Below are positions 25,901 through 39,132 of a stretch of DNA of 45,479 nt, piece by piece; position 1 is the stretch's first letter; each line of letters opens with the position of its first letter. Under the pieces are notes generated by a model. It was given only the letters and a program-made list of their open reading frames with translations. It made no database searches and had not been told where the DNA came from. The DNA comes from Pachysolen tannophilus NRRL Y-2460. Its lineage: Eukaryota. The position numbers and the translations under genes are program-made. The stretch covers positions 2,468,987-2,514,465 of the forward strand of contig KV454011.1 of assembly GCA_001661245.1 (NCBI GenBank). The letters are read 5' to 3'.

Positions 25901-27271
25901 CTCTTTATTTTTAATTACATTTTATTTTTGAATTATGAGGTCAAACTTAAACGTCTTTTGAAAGAACATCATTTGGATTTAAAGAAGCTGATGGAAATAC
26001 CAAAATACGTAGCAAACTTGGATCCACAATTAGCTGCTGCTATTGAGGGTCTTAAAAAAATTGTTGATCGTTATTTTGAGAAAACTTTGTTGTTAGCAAT
26101 TGATAACTACAATATTTTTATACAGTTTTTTAACAATTGCAACATCTTTTTTCCGGACTTGGGTGCAGAATTATTAGTTTATCCATTTTTAATGATATTA
26201 AATCACAGATCGATGCAGTTTATCATCAGTTTAGTTCTAAGACTACAACAGAATGATGCAATAGTCTCACAAATTTTAATAACTAATGGTATAAATAAAG
26301 AGGAGTTATTAATGAAGTTGTTTAACTTTTTGAAGGTATTTTTGAATAAATTAGATAAACTTTCAAAATATTATTATTACGCTTGGAGATTAAAAAAATT
26401 GATCAAATTTTTTTATAATGTTTTGGTCAGTTCAAGTAAGATTTTTACTACTAGCTACACAAAGATGATAGGAAATAATAAGAATGGAACTTCTTTAGAT
26501 TGTCCTGTATTAAAAGATATAAAGACAACTACTCTGGTTCCAATCTTACCAAATCAAAGACAGGAAGCATTATTACAACAAAAGGAGAAGGTGGAAGAGC
26601 TGCAACATAAAAAACAACAAGAAGTATTGGAACTCAAGCAGAGACAACAGCAGCAAGATCAGCTTCTTTTTGATTTTTCAGCAGGAAATAATAATTTCAA
26701 TTCTTCTATTTTCAACTCGAATATTGATATAACCAATGAAAGTGCAAATGCAGATTCCTTAAAAAATAACTTTTCAAATAATGAAGGAAAGAATGAAAAC
26801 AATTTGGACAATAATTGCATAGATTATGGACCTAAAAATGATGATGGTCACATGTCAGGTTCTTTTCTTCATCAACCACCAACTGAGTTTGCAAATCAAA
26901 TTTTCAATGGTGGCGATTCATTGTCATCTTCTAATCTTATTAATAATAACAATATTACTCGTGATCCATTTGCTGATGATGTACAGTTAGATATATTTGA
27001 CGACCTTATGATAGACAATATTTATAGTAGTGCAATTGATGATTCAGGCACCAATGGCACTTCAATGCCATATGACATATTTGGATACGACGGTATTTCA
27101 AATATTAATGGACAAAGTTCAAGGTACACCGTTAACGAGGTGGACTTTACAAATGTTGATTTAAGTACATTGCCTGATTTTACTCAGTTTCAACAACAGG
27201 CTCATAATTCTCAAAAAAATGGAGGCACAATCAGCGCTATAAGTGGCGAAAACTGGGGTCCCGGTTTTTAA
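22953..27271 (+). CDS. HAP1: Heme-responsive Zn2Cys6 transcription factor; join(22953..23120,23213..27271), about 1408 aa
   Basis: Splicing restores KRNRVPISCTICRRRKVK^CDKGKPTCSNCKKNSVSHLCFY. Seven Cys-Pro heme-regulatory motifs; adjacent to NDL1-MCP2. Confidence 0.85.
23121..23212 (+). other. Spliceosomal intron (92 nt, phase 0) in HAP1
   Basis: GTATGT...TACTAAC(23171)...TAG; removal rebuilds the six-cysteine cluster in frame. Confidence 0.95.
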
Positions 27272-27738
27272 ATATTCATGTATGTATCTATTTTATATGA
27301 TCCATATTGACGAATTAGATTTTTCTGTTTTTTTACTATTTATTTTCTTTTCCAGATTAATTAATTAGTTCTTATCACAGTGCTTACTATTATTTAAAAT
27401 ATATTGAAGCTATTATGTACATTGGCCTTAGGTGCTAATATAAAAATCTTTCTAAAAAGAAACAAAAAGAAATACTTATATCTGTAAAATAAAAGTCATC
27501 ACAATTATATGAATTGAAAAGGAAAAGGAAAAAGAAAAAAAAATAACAAAAAAACAGTAAACTCCTTTTTTAAATTGAAAGTAAAACTAGAAAGTATTCA
27601 TGTGAATAGCTATATTAATAATTAGTGGGATATTAAGGTAGAACAGAAAATATAGTAAATTCTTGAGCGTAAAACAGTTGTTTCTGTTTATTGTAAATAT
27701 CATTTTCGAAAAAAATAATTCTGGTTTAATCTTAAAAA

Positions 27739-30597
27739 TCACAAAGCCATTGTTAACCATTCCCAATTTTTAGAATTGCTCTCGCCTTGATTCCCATGGT
27801 TGTCATCATTTGCGATCTTCCTTAAATTGGAATTGTCTCCGCTATCATCATCCTGATGATTATCACCTTCTTGATTACCATGCTCATTACTGTTATTCTC
27901 TTCAAAAGCAAAATTGAAGTTGTGCTTGGATGTCCGATTATTGGCAGCCATATCAAAATCTAAGCCAATAAAACCGTGATTATCAGCAGGATCATAAACA
28001 GAGTGCATCGGGTCAATATCGTTATTGCGATCTACATTAGGATTTGAATCCATGAATCCCAAGTGATCTATATCCATATCATTATGATGATCAGTGAAAT
28101 CTAAATGATTGTTAATATCAAATTTTTCCTCATTCGGACCATTCAAATTTGCGAAGTCTGATAAATGCTGATCATGGATAGAATCTCCACCCGATTGCAT
28201 ATGTAACTCGCGATCTTGAGGTTGTATAAAAGTCGGCTCTGAAATCAATGATTCTCCATTTCTTGAAGCATTCGTTTGTGATCGTGTAGACATGTTTTTC
28301 TCATTTTCAGTATTATTTTGACGGTTAGCATCATTATCCAATAACGGAATAGGTGTTGGATTTAGATCGTCCCCATCAGTTGTCTTGACCGGCATTTTAT
28401 TTTTTGTTATAAGCTTGGAATTTGTAGTTTTACTACCACTTCCAGACGAATTTTGTGGAGTACGTTGTCTCTTCTTGATTACGTCTGTTTTCAAAGATAA
28501 TGGTCTGACCACACCATGCAATTTTAAAAATAACCCACATGCATTACATAAAGGTTGTCCTTCAGGATTTCTCCTCCATAAAGGTGTGGTTTTGGTGTTG
28601 CAATTGGTACATGTTGTTGGCTGGGATGTAGCTCCATTTCCAGGTTGCTTTGTTAAAGAATCAGAATCGTTATTGATAGACAAATCCTTCCCTGTTCTTA
28701 ATGGCGAATGCGGAAAATTTTGAGTAAGAAGGTCATTTGTGATGGGAGCTCCAGAATTAGATATTGGTTTTCGTTTTGATATTGACTTCTTTCTGTTCGT
28801 AGAATTTACTGAATTTGCAGATTTTGATGATGTTTTCGAATCTTGAGTTTGTACACCTTGTGATATCAGCAAACGAGCTTCCTCAAGTGTATGATTATTA
28901 TTATTGTCATTCAAATCTGATGTTAAATTCTGAGCATAATCCATTAAAACATCTTTTTCACCTTGATTATTTCCATCTCCTGGATGAAATATCTTTGACG
29001 AAGAATCTCCCCAAAATATTTGCTCTGGGTCTAAATTCCATGTTTGTCCAGACCTTTGATTTGGATTCTGATTATAAGCAAAAATCTCGCCATTCAAGTT
29101 GTTATTATTATTATTACTGTTACTAGATTTGGACGCCTGTGCTGATGATCTGTAACCCGGTTCCCGCATGGGAACATTTGAGCTTTTTCTAATATGGTAT
29201 GTGTTTTTATTAGCCAGATTTTCAAAATAGCCCGAATTACTATCTTTACTATCCACCACAGGAGTTTGTATAGCAGAAGATACAGAACCTGCAGGAGGAG
29301 AATACATTTCACTGTAAGAATTTGACGCCAGCGATGATAATGATCCGAGATAAGTAAAACTGTGGGAGTTCGTAGACATATGTTTATGCGGTGTTGTTTG
29401 TCCACTATTCAAAATGTGTGAAGGACCAAGTGAAGTCATAGAAGAATACATCATGCCTCCCGGGCTATTGTCATCTTCTGGGTTGTAAGACATACCTCGG
29501 TTATCCATATTATCAATCGATAGAGAACTTGCTGGACCAAAATCAAAACTGCCAGCAACTTTTGGAAATGCGTCAGTTTCAAATGAATATCCACCATTAG
29601 AATTAAACTTTTTCTTATTACTATTATTAGAGTCATTATCATTATTATTTTTGTTATTATTATTGTCGTTGTTGTTGATACTATTCTGCATTTGTTGCTT
29701 TTGTTTTGATGTAGCTGATGCTAACGACGCCGACAAGCTGCTAGTACGATTAGGAGAACTCCTAGGTTTGTTATTAACATCGGATAGTGAGAAAGCATCA
29801 TTATTGTTTATTACAGGTATGTGTCCCAAATTTCCATAGCTCGCTCCTGTTCCGGTAACAAATGGTGAAAAATCTGCTGGTCTTTTCTTTGAAAGTTTCT
29901 TTGAGGAGCCTGCATCTTTTTTTGTACTTGTGAATGGTTCATTGTATTCTTCCTGTCCTATTTTTCTTATATGAGCCACATAATCAAACTCTTCAGAAGT
30001 TGGATCTGTAAATGGAACAGAATTATTCAAGTTATTATTATTATTATGAAAGTCATTATTGGTACTGGTCATGTTATTATGGTATAATTGTGATGTCGAT
30101 GATGGTGGTACTGATTGAACAGATCTCGAATAAAAATCTTTGAAATATGGTTTATTTTCATTATTATTAACTTTACCATTATTCCTATCTGTAGAGGCTA
30201 GAAACTCTTCATGCCCATTATTTTTTTCTTCAAAATTGTACCGCTGACTATTATCATTCGAAAGAAATGAGTCTTGTTGAATTTGTAAATTAGGCTGTTT
30301 TGAAGTTATAGAGTTATTAACACCACCACTAGTAGTAGTATTATTCCCTATAGAAAATTTATTTGTCAATTTTTTTGAATTATTTTTATTCTTCATATTC
30401 ATCGACATCATTCTCCACGTCAAATTCTCCATTCTTGTCTTATAAGGTAATGATGTCTTGGCCTTATTATACATTCTCCATAATGCTTCAGTAGATGATG
30501 AATCGTCCAACATCTCTCTTGAAGTTATACCATTACCGCTCACACTACTAGGAGCGGTGGCTTTAAAATGCCCACTTTCTATCGATTGTTGATCCAT
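27739..30597 (-). CDS. GAT1: GATA nitrogen regulator, AreA/Gat1 type
   Basis: ATG at 30597; [16 protein letters not shown]-terminal domain, [33 protein letters not shown] finger and C-terminal WEWLTMAL. Confidence 0.92.
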   Translation of the reverse strand: MDQQSIESGHFKATAPSSVSGNGITSREMLDDSSSTEALWRMYNKAKTSLPYKTRMENLTWRMMSMNMKNKNNSKKLTNKFSIGNNTTTSGGVNNSITSKQPNLQIQQDSFLSNDNSQRYNFEEKNNGHEEFLASTDRNNGKVNNNENKPYFKDFYSRSVQSVPPSSTSQLYHNNMTSTNNDFHNNNNNLNNSVPFTDPTSEEFDYVAHIRKIGQEEYNEPFTSTKKDAGSSKKLSKKRPADFSPFVTGTGASYGNLGHIPVINNNDAFSLSDVNNKPRSSPNRTSSLSASLASATSKQKQQMQNSINNNDNNNNKNNNDNDSNNSNKKKFNSNGGYSFETDAFPKVAGSFDFGPASSLSIDNMDNRGMSYNPEDDNSPGGMMYSSMTSLGPSHILNSGQTTPHKHMSTNSHSFTYLGSLSSLASNSYSEMYSPPAGSVSSAIQTPVVDSKDSNSGYFENLANKNTYHIRKSSNVPMREPGYRSSAQASKSSNSNNNNNNLNGEIFAYNQNPNQRSGQTWNLDPEQIFWGDSSSKIFHPGDGNNQGEKDVLMDYAQNLTSDLNDNNNNHTLEEARLLISQGVQTQDSKTSSKSANSVNSTNRKKSISKRKPISNSGAPITNDLLTQNFPHSPLRTGKDLSINNDSDSLTKQPGNGATSQPTTCTNCNTKTTPLWRRNPEGQPLCNACGLFLKLHGVVRPLSLKTDVIKKRQRTPQNSSGSGSKTTNSKLITKNKMPVKTTDGDDLNPTPIPLLDNDANRQNNTENEKNMSTRSQTNASRNGESLISEPTFIQPQDRELHMQSGGDSIHDQHLSDFANLNGPNEEKFDINNHLDFTDHHNDMDIDHLGFMDSNPNVDRNNDIDPMHSVYDPADNHGFIGLDFDMAANNRTSKHNFNFAFEENNSNEHGNQEGDNHQDDDSGDNSNLRKIANDDNHGNQGESNSKNWEWLTMAL

Positions 30598-31970
30598 GCG
30601 GCAGTTCAATACTCATCCGATAATTGAATTTCTAATATTTGAAAGCAATTAGCTATTAGTTGAAAAGTGGAAAGATACAATTTTAAAAAAAAAAAAAAAT
30701 TATTTTAGCTAACGTTTTGACCAAGATGAACGGTAAGAACAAAATTAAAAATAAAGCAAATGAATTTAAAATCAAAAAGCCAAAAACAACAAAAAAAAAG
30801 AAAAAAGAAAAAAACAAAAAGCAGAAAATCTTTATGAAACTGACTTTCTTAAATTAAATTAAATCAAAAAAAAAAAAAAAACGATGAAGTGATATATACT
30901 AAAATGTATTTTATTCACTTTCTCTTCTATTGCAGTTTTGGCAAATTTTTTTAAAAAGTACTATGTTCACTTATAAGAGGTTCCTGGTTGTGACCTGTCA
31001 CAACAGGATGGTATTTTTTTTTTTTTTTTTTTACTTTTTTTCTGGAAAGAAGGAATAGTTGTATTTTAGTGTAGTTGATTGATTATATTTTTATATTTCA
31101 ACTAAACTTGGAAGCCTAATTTTTGGTAAAAAACGGCGCAGTTCATGTTTTTAGTTTCCAAATCTAATTCTAGTTCTATGAAATAAAAGTTTTGGTTTAG
31201 ACCCCTGCCGTAAATTAAGCTGAGAAAGTGAGAAAGTATAGTGTACCAGTTTAAAGAGGTGTTCTTGCGTTTTGGATGTTACAACGATAAGCGAGGGCTA
31301 TCTTTTCTGGCGTCTTATTGGCCAATTTTGTTATCGTGGAAAAAATGTTTATTACGTAATTAAGAGATCAAGAATAAGTCAGAAAAAAAGAAGAAATCCT
31401 TAAAATGCACACGACCAGTTGTTTCCATTAATAAAAGTCCTTTGCTCTTCACTTACTTTAAATTTATAATATATAAGATCTATCTATCTATACCGTAAGG
31501 AACTGAAATTTGAAAAATTCATTTATTATATATAAATTTAGACATGAAAAATAATGAAAATATCTAATTAGCTTTTTCTTTTCTTTATTTTTATTTTTAT
31601 TTTTTTTTTTGTCTTTTTCAATGTTTTACCAAATGCATAATGGAGAAAGCCGCACTTTGAGTTATTATTGTTATGTTATTATTTATATCCGCTCCTTTGT
31701 ATATCGAAGGCTATAAGCGAAATTTTAAGCGCCCTTGGTGAAAATAAAAATAAAAAGAAAAAATGAATATGTCCGGTGAGTACTTCCAAATTCGGAAATA
31801 GTCTCCGAGTAGAAGTAATAGTAATAATAATAATAATAATAATAGTTTTTGTAAAGAGATAATAGATAGATTGATCTAATATTTACTATTTTCTTTTTTT
31901 TTTTTTTTGTTTTGTTTCCAATAATGGGTTTTTACGTTTATCGATTTAATCACTCAAGTATAGGGCTGTC

Positions 31971-34580
31971 ATGTCAGAGTTGATAATTGAAAATAAAAGG
32001 AAAAGAAGAAATAGAGTTCCAAAAAGTTGTTGTGTTTGTAGACTTCGAAAACTTAAATGTGATAGAATAAAACCTATATGTGGTTCATGTGTTATTAACG
32101 ATACTAAAGATTTATGCAAATATGAAGAGCCAACTTGGGCACAAAATTTAAATTTAAAAAGTAATTGGGATAATGAATTAACTACTACAAGTTCTTCTTC
32201 ATCATTTTTAGAAAGTTATAATAGTACTAGAATTGCAGAAAATGTTGAAAAGGGTAAAGACAATCCTTATTCAATAGCGGCTAAGATTCCAATTGCTTTT
32301 ATTCCATCTGATAGTCCAAATCCATCTGATGGTCTTAAAAAATTGGGGAACTTGAATCTGAATGGACAAATAAATCCCAAAAAGAGAAAATTACTTTCCT
32401 TTGATGTTTCATCTGATGATTATCCATTAACTCTTAATGATGGTAAAGAACTTGAAAATTTGAAAAATCAAATTAATATTCTTGAAAAAATCATTTCAAA
32501 AATACAATTCAATATTACGAAAACCAATGATTATACAGTTAATAATATTGAAATTGAAGATAAAATTAATTTTTATACTGGATATGACCAATTTACAATA
32601 AGAAGATCTCGTGATATGTTTAGAGGACCATTGTCCCTTTTACCAATTTTAATGAAAGATTCTTTCTTAAGTATCTGTTTATTCGTATTAACAGATAAAA
32701 CTTATAAGAAAAATGAAAAGGAAAAGGAAAAAGAAAAGGAAAAACAAACTGCAATCCCCGATATTATCAATCAGGAAAAGAAAGAATTAGTTCCGTTAAA
32801 TTTATCTATACCTGATATTCAAAAAAGATTGGCTTCAAAGATTGTTGAAGTATTACCATCCAAGAAAGTCATTTGGTTGTTATACGAAAGATATATTAAT
32901 TATACCTATCAGTTTTTACCATACATTGATAAACTGGGATTTGAAAATTCAATAAAAAATATTATGGGTGATCAGTCACTAAATGAACTGAAAGTTGAAC
33001 ATTTGAATATATCTAAAAGATCAGATTTTGCAACACTAGGTATATTATTAGTTATATTAAGATTAGGGTATTTATCTATTTGGAAAAATAAGAAAACTGA
33101 CAATCCTGATGAGCATGTAAAATATTTATTATCGCAGGATCTTAGTCCAAATTTAATTGCAGTTGCTCAACTTTGTTTAAATCAATTTAGAATATTGTCC
33201 AAAAATAGTTTGTTGACATTTCAGCTAGCTCTGTATTTGAGAATGTATAGTCAAGATGCTCCAGAATTTGATGGTTCTTGCAATATATATGATCTTCAAA
33301 ACTTTACCGGATTATTGATTCAAATAGCAATTTCAATCGGTTTACATGTAGATCCAATCAATTTTAACGAAACGGAAAAAAACTTGAGAAGAAAATTATG
33401 GGCATACTTGAGATTTTGTGATATAATTGAAGCAAGTAGGATTGGATGTCCTTTGAGAATTAAAGATGGTGATTATAATACACGTTTGCCTGAATTTATT
33501 AAAGAAATCCCAGGTAAATTTGATAACGTTATAGAGAATAGAGCAATTAAGATAATTTATGAAACGGATGAGATATTGAGTCATTTTAAAGATGTTATAA
33601 ATTTGGCTTTAAATTTTAATGGGTGTAAAGTTTCTTTGTTATCAGAGAAAATAAATGTTTTAGAAAAAAAAGTTAATCAAGACTATATGTTTTTGAAAAA
33701 AATAATCGATTCACCAACAGTATTAGATGAAATGAAAAGACTTATTAATATTAGGACATATCTTTCAACTAAATATTTTTTAACAGTTGTTTATTATAAT
33801 TTATTTTTACATTATGAAAAACAGAAAAAAATTGATTTAGCCAAGATGTATTATTTCAAATTGCTAGAATTGAGTGTAGACGCTATAGTTAATTACGATT
33901 TTATTTATGGAAGTAATTTGGTTATATCAGTGGGTAACGAACATGTATGTTTTGAATTACAAGGATATTACATGTTGACATCACATATTCAAGTAGCTTT
34001 ATTTGTTAGATGTCGATATTTACAGCTGTTAAAAACATTGGATGATCCCATTTATACTCTATTGGAAGTTATTATTCAAAAGCTTTCTACCAATTTGTTG
34101 AAACAATTATATACATTATCAAAGTTGGCAAGTGATTATTACCTTACTTGGAGAGCTGCGAAGGGCAGTTACCAAGTCTTGAAAAGGTTATTATCGTCTG
34201 ATAAACTATTTGCAAAAGATGTAAATGGTGAAATATACGTGACACCTAGATTCAGGAAAGAGATCAAGTTGCCAGAAGATGGAGATATATTCCTGGAATT
34301 CAAACTTGAAGATTTTGTAAATATAAATCATATGATTTCTCCAGAAAATTTTCAATACATGAAGATAATCGAAAAGATAGATGATTTTGAAGAACCAAAC
34401 AAGATAGACTTGCATACAGACAAGACCATTTTGTCGATGGTAAAGGATACAAAATCATGGATCAACAGGAAATCACAAATAGATTTCTACGCTAACTTCT
34501 CAAATCACAATATAAATTATGATAATTTATTTGCTGATAACTATCTTGATAACCTCTTGAATGATCTTATGGACTTTTAA
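31971..34580 (+). CDS. Zn2Cys6 transcription factor, Hap1/Mrr1/Cta4 family, intronless
   Basis: RNRVPKSCCVCRLRKLKCDRIKPICGSC...LCKY finger plus a fungal TF middle homology region (SIGLHVDP...RRKLW). Confidence 0.9.
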   Translation: MSELIIENKRKRRNRVPKSCCVCRLRKLKCDRIKPICGSCVINDTKDLCKYEEPTWAQNLNLKSNWDNELTTTSSSSSFLESYNSTRIAENVEKGKDNPYSIAAKIPIAFIPSDSPNPSDGLKKLGNLNLNGQINPKKRKLLSFDVSSDDYPLTLNDGKELENLKNQINILEKIISKIQFNITKTNDYTVNNIEIEDKINFYTGYDQFTIRRSRDMFRGPLSLLPILMKDSFLSICLFVLTDKTYKKNEKEKEKEKEKQTAIPDIINQEKKELVPLNLSIPDIQKRLASKIVEVLPSKKVIWLLYERYINYTYQFLPYIDKLGFENSIKNIMGDQSLNELKVEHLNISKRSDFATLGILLVILRLGYLSIWKNKKTDNPDEHVKYLLSQDLSPNLIAVAQLCLNQFRILSKNSLLTFQLALYLRMYSQDAPEFDGSCNIYDLQNFTGLLIQIAISIGLHVDPINFNETEKNLRRKLWAYLRFCDIIEASRIGCPLRIKDGDYNTRLPEFIKEIPGKFDNVIENRAIKIIYETDEILSHFKDVINLALNFNGCKVSLLSEKINVLEKKVNQDYMFLKKIIDSPTVLDEMKRLINIRTYLSTKYFLTVVYYNLFLHYEKQKKIDLAKMYYFKLLELSVDAIVNYDFIYGSNLVISVGNEHVCFELQGYYMLTSHIQVALFVRCRYLQLLKTLDDPIYTLLEVIIQKLSTNLLKQLYTLSKLASDYYLTWRAAKGSYQVLKRLLSSDKLFAKDVNGEIYVTPRFRKEIKLPEDGDIFLEFKLEDFVNINHMISPENFQYMKIIEKIDDFEEPNKIDLHTDKTILSMVKDTKSWINRKSQIDFYANFSNHNINYDNLFADNYLDNLLNDLMDF

Positions 34581-34802
34581 CCTTTAAAATGAGTTGGTCA
34601 TTGAAAAACGACTTTTTTCTTATTTTTTTTTTTTTTCTTTTTTCTTTAAATTTCCTTTTAACATTTAATTAATTGTAATCTATTTTATATATTAATTACT
34701 CCATCTTTAAATTTTAGATTGGACTAATCTGAAATTAGATGAGCTTATTCTATAAAGTTTTTTAATTGCTTTTATTTGTTTCTTAGTCCATTTTTATTGA
34801 TT

Positions 34803-37800
34803 ATGAGGAATGATGCCAGAAATGTTGTTCATGAATCAGACAGTGTAAGAGATCTGACTAATAGAGATAACCTGAGACAGCGAAGAACAAGAAATAGAAT
34901 ACCAGTTGCTTGCAGCGTTTGTCGCAAGAGGAAAGTGAAGGTAAGTTATTATATATATGATATATTCTTGTTATTTCCGTGAAAGAAAAAAAAGAAAAAA
35001 GAAAATTACTAACTTTAAATTGAATGATTTCGAATCTGATATTATTTTTATAGTGTGATAAAGGTAGACCACAATGTGATGTATGCAGAAAATATAACGT
35101 ATCTCATTTATGTTTTTATGAAGAGCCAACTTGGAGTAATAATGTTGTTTCAAAGAAAAGTGAGGAATCTGAGGTACCAAAGAAGAAGAATAAAGGGGTT
35201 TCACCTAAGGGGGTTACCGATGAGTCTCCAGAAAGTGGTTTATCATCATTTGCAGATGCACTGACTAGACCGATAGCTATAATTCCTCCAACTCAAAGTT
35301 CTTCTAATCAAAGTGGTTATTCTTCTCCTTCATCACAATCAAAATCAATTGCTTTCGAAGATCATATCAGAACTTTTAAATCCTATGGTAATATAAATCC
35401 CCCACAATCAAGTGAAAGAAGTACGGCATGTATTCCGACTTCATCTGTACCGATACTGTTGAACCCAGTTGCACAGTTTTCTGCTAATAGAAATTTGCCT
35501 TCAATTCAAGAACAGTTATTTTCCAATAAATCCTCATCTACGATGACTCAGGATCCAGAGATACACTCGGAATTAGAAAGAATGAAGCAGAAAATAAAGG
35601 AAATTGAGGCTTCTATTACTTTGTCTAAAACTTTTCAATCAAATGTTAACACTGAGTTGGAATTGAATCAATCTGTACGAAATCCTCCTGAATCTGAAGA
35701 ATCAGAGGAATCGTTGATTACTTCCAAAACGCTGCCCACTTTTCTGTCTAAAGTTTCACCAATGCCAAATGATCTTACCGATATTCATTCCACCTCCGAC
35801 ATTAATCAAGAGATAAAATGTCTGAATATAGTGTTTTCATCAAGTGATATGATTTTTAGTATAAACCCTAATGACAGAATTGACTTCTATTCGGGATATT
35901 CGCCTCTTTTAAATAAAGAACCTACGACTTTAAATCATGGTCCACTTAGCTTCTTTACATTCACCAAAAAAGACAAATACATTAGGATAATATGGCGCAA
36001 AATGATAGAGTACAAAAAGAAAAGAAATGTATTTCCTAATGATATTATGTCCAGAAAACCTCCAGATGATGATGGTTACAATAAAGATATTAGATCACTG
36101 TTAAATAAAACTAGTTATAAATTGGACCGTGACATCAAGTATGAAAGAGAATTTAAACAAAAGTTTTTAGAAAATGAAGGACTACTAGATATTCAACGTT
36201 ACGAGAAAGGTAGTATTAAGTCACCTATCATGAGAGGAAAAGAACCAACACCTTTAAGTTTATCGCTTAATGGGCAAGAAATTGAATTACGATTAATTCA
36301 CGATATTGAACGTTGCTTACCTCCAAAGAAAGCATTATGGCTACTTTTAGACCGATTTTTTAAGTTCTTTTATCCTTTTGCTCCATATATTGATCAAGAA
36401 ACATTCACAAGCGAAATATCGAAAATAGTTGGAGAGAGGTCAGAAGAAGATTCTGCAACAAAGTCAATTACAATCGAAAAAAGGTTGGATTTTGCAAATG
36501 TTGGAATGATGTTGTTATTTTTGAGACTAGGGTTTCTAACTTTATTTAGTAATCAGGAAGGAGCATCTGAGAATGGTGAAAAAAAAGGAGATATTTCTGA
36601 TTATTTACTAAAAAATAGTGTAGGTGTTGAAGTTTCTGCTATTTCACAGCGATGTTTGAATCAGTTCAGGTTATTACGCAAAACTAGTTTAAGTATCGTT
36701 CAATTTGCTATTTATATGCGATTATATCATAAGTTTGCACCTGAAGAGGGAGATGGTGCTGATGGAGGGGACTCCATGACATTTACCGGTATGTTGGTTC
36801 AAATGGCCATTTCTATTGGTTTAAATAGAGATCCAGAACTTTGTGATCTTGGTTCGTCCGATAGTGAGAAGATAAAAAATATTAGGAGGAAGATATGGTA
36901 TGGTATAGTTCATTATGATGTAGCTCAAGGTTATGTATTAGGAAATCCTCCAACTATAAGGTTGGAACATTACGATACAAGACTTCCTGTTTACAAAGGA
37001 GAATTAAATACGAACACGCCCGATTTAGGTCTTGAACAAAGCATCATAGATGGATATGCTGAATCCAATGAATTTGATACAAAAATGAGAGAGATTACTG
37101 ATTTAGTGATCAATATGAGAAATCCTCCAAAGGTATCGGACATGGTGGAACAGCTTCTTTCTTTGGAATCGTTTGTATCTCTCAACTTTGGCCCTTTATC
37201 AAAATTATTAACACCTAATGTTGGAAACCATGTTGAGAATGTTACCAAACTAAGACGTCTCTTGAACTATTTAGACATGGTCATGGCAATTCATGGGCTT
37301 TATTTTCATTTGTTTTTATATTTTGAAGAAAAGAGTGATTTTACTAATGCCCGAGTTTGTTTGCTCAAATCTCTTAATATAATGGTAGAGAGCACGTCCG
37401 AATTTTTTTCATTATTGATAAACTCTCAAATTTATTTTGGAGAAGGCTTTGATTTAATTCTAACTCCAACCATGGAACTATTAGTGCATAAAATTTTACT
37501 TTTTCATATTTCATTACTTATGAGGTGTTCCTGTTTGAAAAGGTCATACACTGTAAAATACATATCTTCCGAGATCAATACTAAGGTAAGCAGTTTGTGC
37601 CATCATATTGAACATAGCATTGAACGATGTATATCTGGTGTTTACAAGATAAGTGACAGGTATTTTTATGCTTGGAGGTTGACTAAAGTGCAATGTTTTA
37701 TACTAGAATTATTCAAAAAATTTGCACTGAACCTTTTAGATAATGATAAAGCCATTTCGGCCGAAGCTAAAACGTCTGTATTCAATAAAGGAGATTATCC

Positions 37801-38311
37801 AAACCAAAATGTATTTGAAAATTTTTCTGTGGAAGATTTTCAAGAAATATTAAGCATGATAGATTCAAAACAATACACTAAGCAGATGAAACAAAATAAA
37901 TATTCAAATATTAGTAAAAACTCAAGTATCAATACTTCTTCTGCTTATGGAAACTTTTTTGGTGTACCAAATATGATGTTCAATCCTGAAGTTGATAATG
38001 CATGGTATGAAATGATGTCCAATAACTTTCCAACAAGTACAAATATAAATAATGTCAACAATGATGACATATTTATTTGCGGACTGGATGGTAAGAAAAG
38101 AAGAAAATTGGAAGGTACAAATAAAGAGGATAATAATTCAAAGGTTAGTGGGGATTTATTTGAAAGAAATTTGTCTCCTAGCAGAAATCTGAAAAACCTG
38201 GATGTTTCTGATTATGATTATATCTTTGATGCTGATGATCCTTTTTTCCATATGTTTGGAGATAGTTTAATAGGAGATCTGAATTGGAATCTTTCCAATG
38301 CTTTTACGTAA
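34803..38311 (+). CDS. Zn2Cys6 transcription factor, Mrr1/Cta4-like; join(34803..34940,35054..38311), about 1131 aa
   Basis: Splicing gives RNRIPVACSVCRKRKVK^CDKGRPQCDVCRKYNVSHLCFY. The frame is open from 35054 into the 35459 ORF. APEEGDGADGGDS and GLNRDP motifs. Confidence 0.9.
34941..35053 (+). other. Spliceosomal intron (113 nt, phase 0)
   Basis: GTAAGT...TACTAAC(35007)...TAG; removal restores the zinc cluster. Confidence 0.95.
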
Positions 38312-38561
38312 ATGGAGGTGGAAGGGGAAGATTATGTTTGGACTATAATAGACTTATGTGTATAGATAGATAAATGAATATTTTGTTGCAAAATTATTAG
38401 TTCTGCTTTAAAATGCTGCATAGTCTTTATTATGTAATTTTTCTATTTTTTTTTTTTTTATCTTATTTATTTTCTCCCTGTGAATAATAGAAATTGATCT
38501 GAACGTTGAGCCTCACGCATATCTATTTTAGGAAATAATATCCGGAACCGTTTGAACTCGA

Positions 38562-38597
38562 CTTCTTCGACATCTTCGACATCTTCAACTTCTTCAA
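38562..38597. repeat. 9-bp tandem repeat, 4 copies (CWTCTTCRA)
   Basis: cttcttcga catcttcga catcttcaa cttcttcaa, in a convergent intergenic region. Confidence 0.7.
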
Positions 38598-38766
38598 CTT
38601 ATTTTTCCAAAAAAATTAAGGTTTCGAGACATTTGCAAATTGGAAAAGGCAACCAGTAAAATGTAATTAACTACTTTCTTGTTCTTATTATCAATTATCT
38701 GAAAATATTTTAAAACTGTATATATTATACTATAAATATGTAAAGAAAAAAAGGCCAAAAACCAAA

Positions 38767-39132
38767 TTAAGCAGCATCCGCTGGTCTTAAACCACAGAAG
38801 AAGGCATACCCATAACCGGTTGTTTCAAAAGTGATGGTACAACCTTTCTTAAAGTAAAAAACATCACCAACTTTAGCACTGACTTTATAACCAGTTTCAT
38901 CTGAAATAAAATAATCACCTTCAACTTCCAAGATAATTTTCATTTCATCATAATTATAAGGATAAACCAATTTTTCACCCTTTTCTTGTTTGTAGAAACC
39001 ACAAGAGATTTGTTTGTCTTCTGGAGCTTCTGAAGTGAAAATATCACCTAAGAATGAATTGTTACCTGGTGAAGGAATTTGTGGTGGTTTAACACTGTAA
39101 CCTTCAACGTTTGGCTTATATTTCATTGGCAT
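38767..39132 (-). CDS. EutQ-like cupin protein, 121 aa
   Basis: ATG at 39132; FLGDIFTS, ISCGFY, LVYPYNYDEMKIILE and GDVFYFKKG..ITF cupin motifs. Confidence 0.85.
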   Translation of the reverse strand: MPMKYKPNVEGYSVKPPQIPSPGNNSFLGDIFTSEAPEDKQISCGFYKQEKGEKLVYPYNYDEMKIILEVEGDYFISDETGYKVSAKVGDVFYFKKGCTITFETTGYGYAFFCGLRPADAA

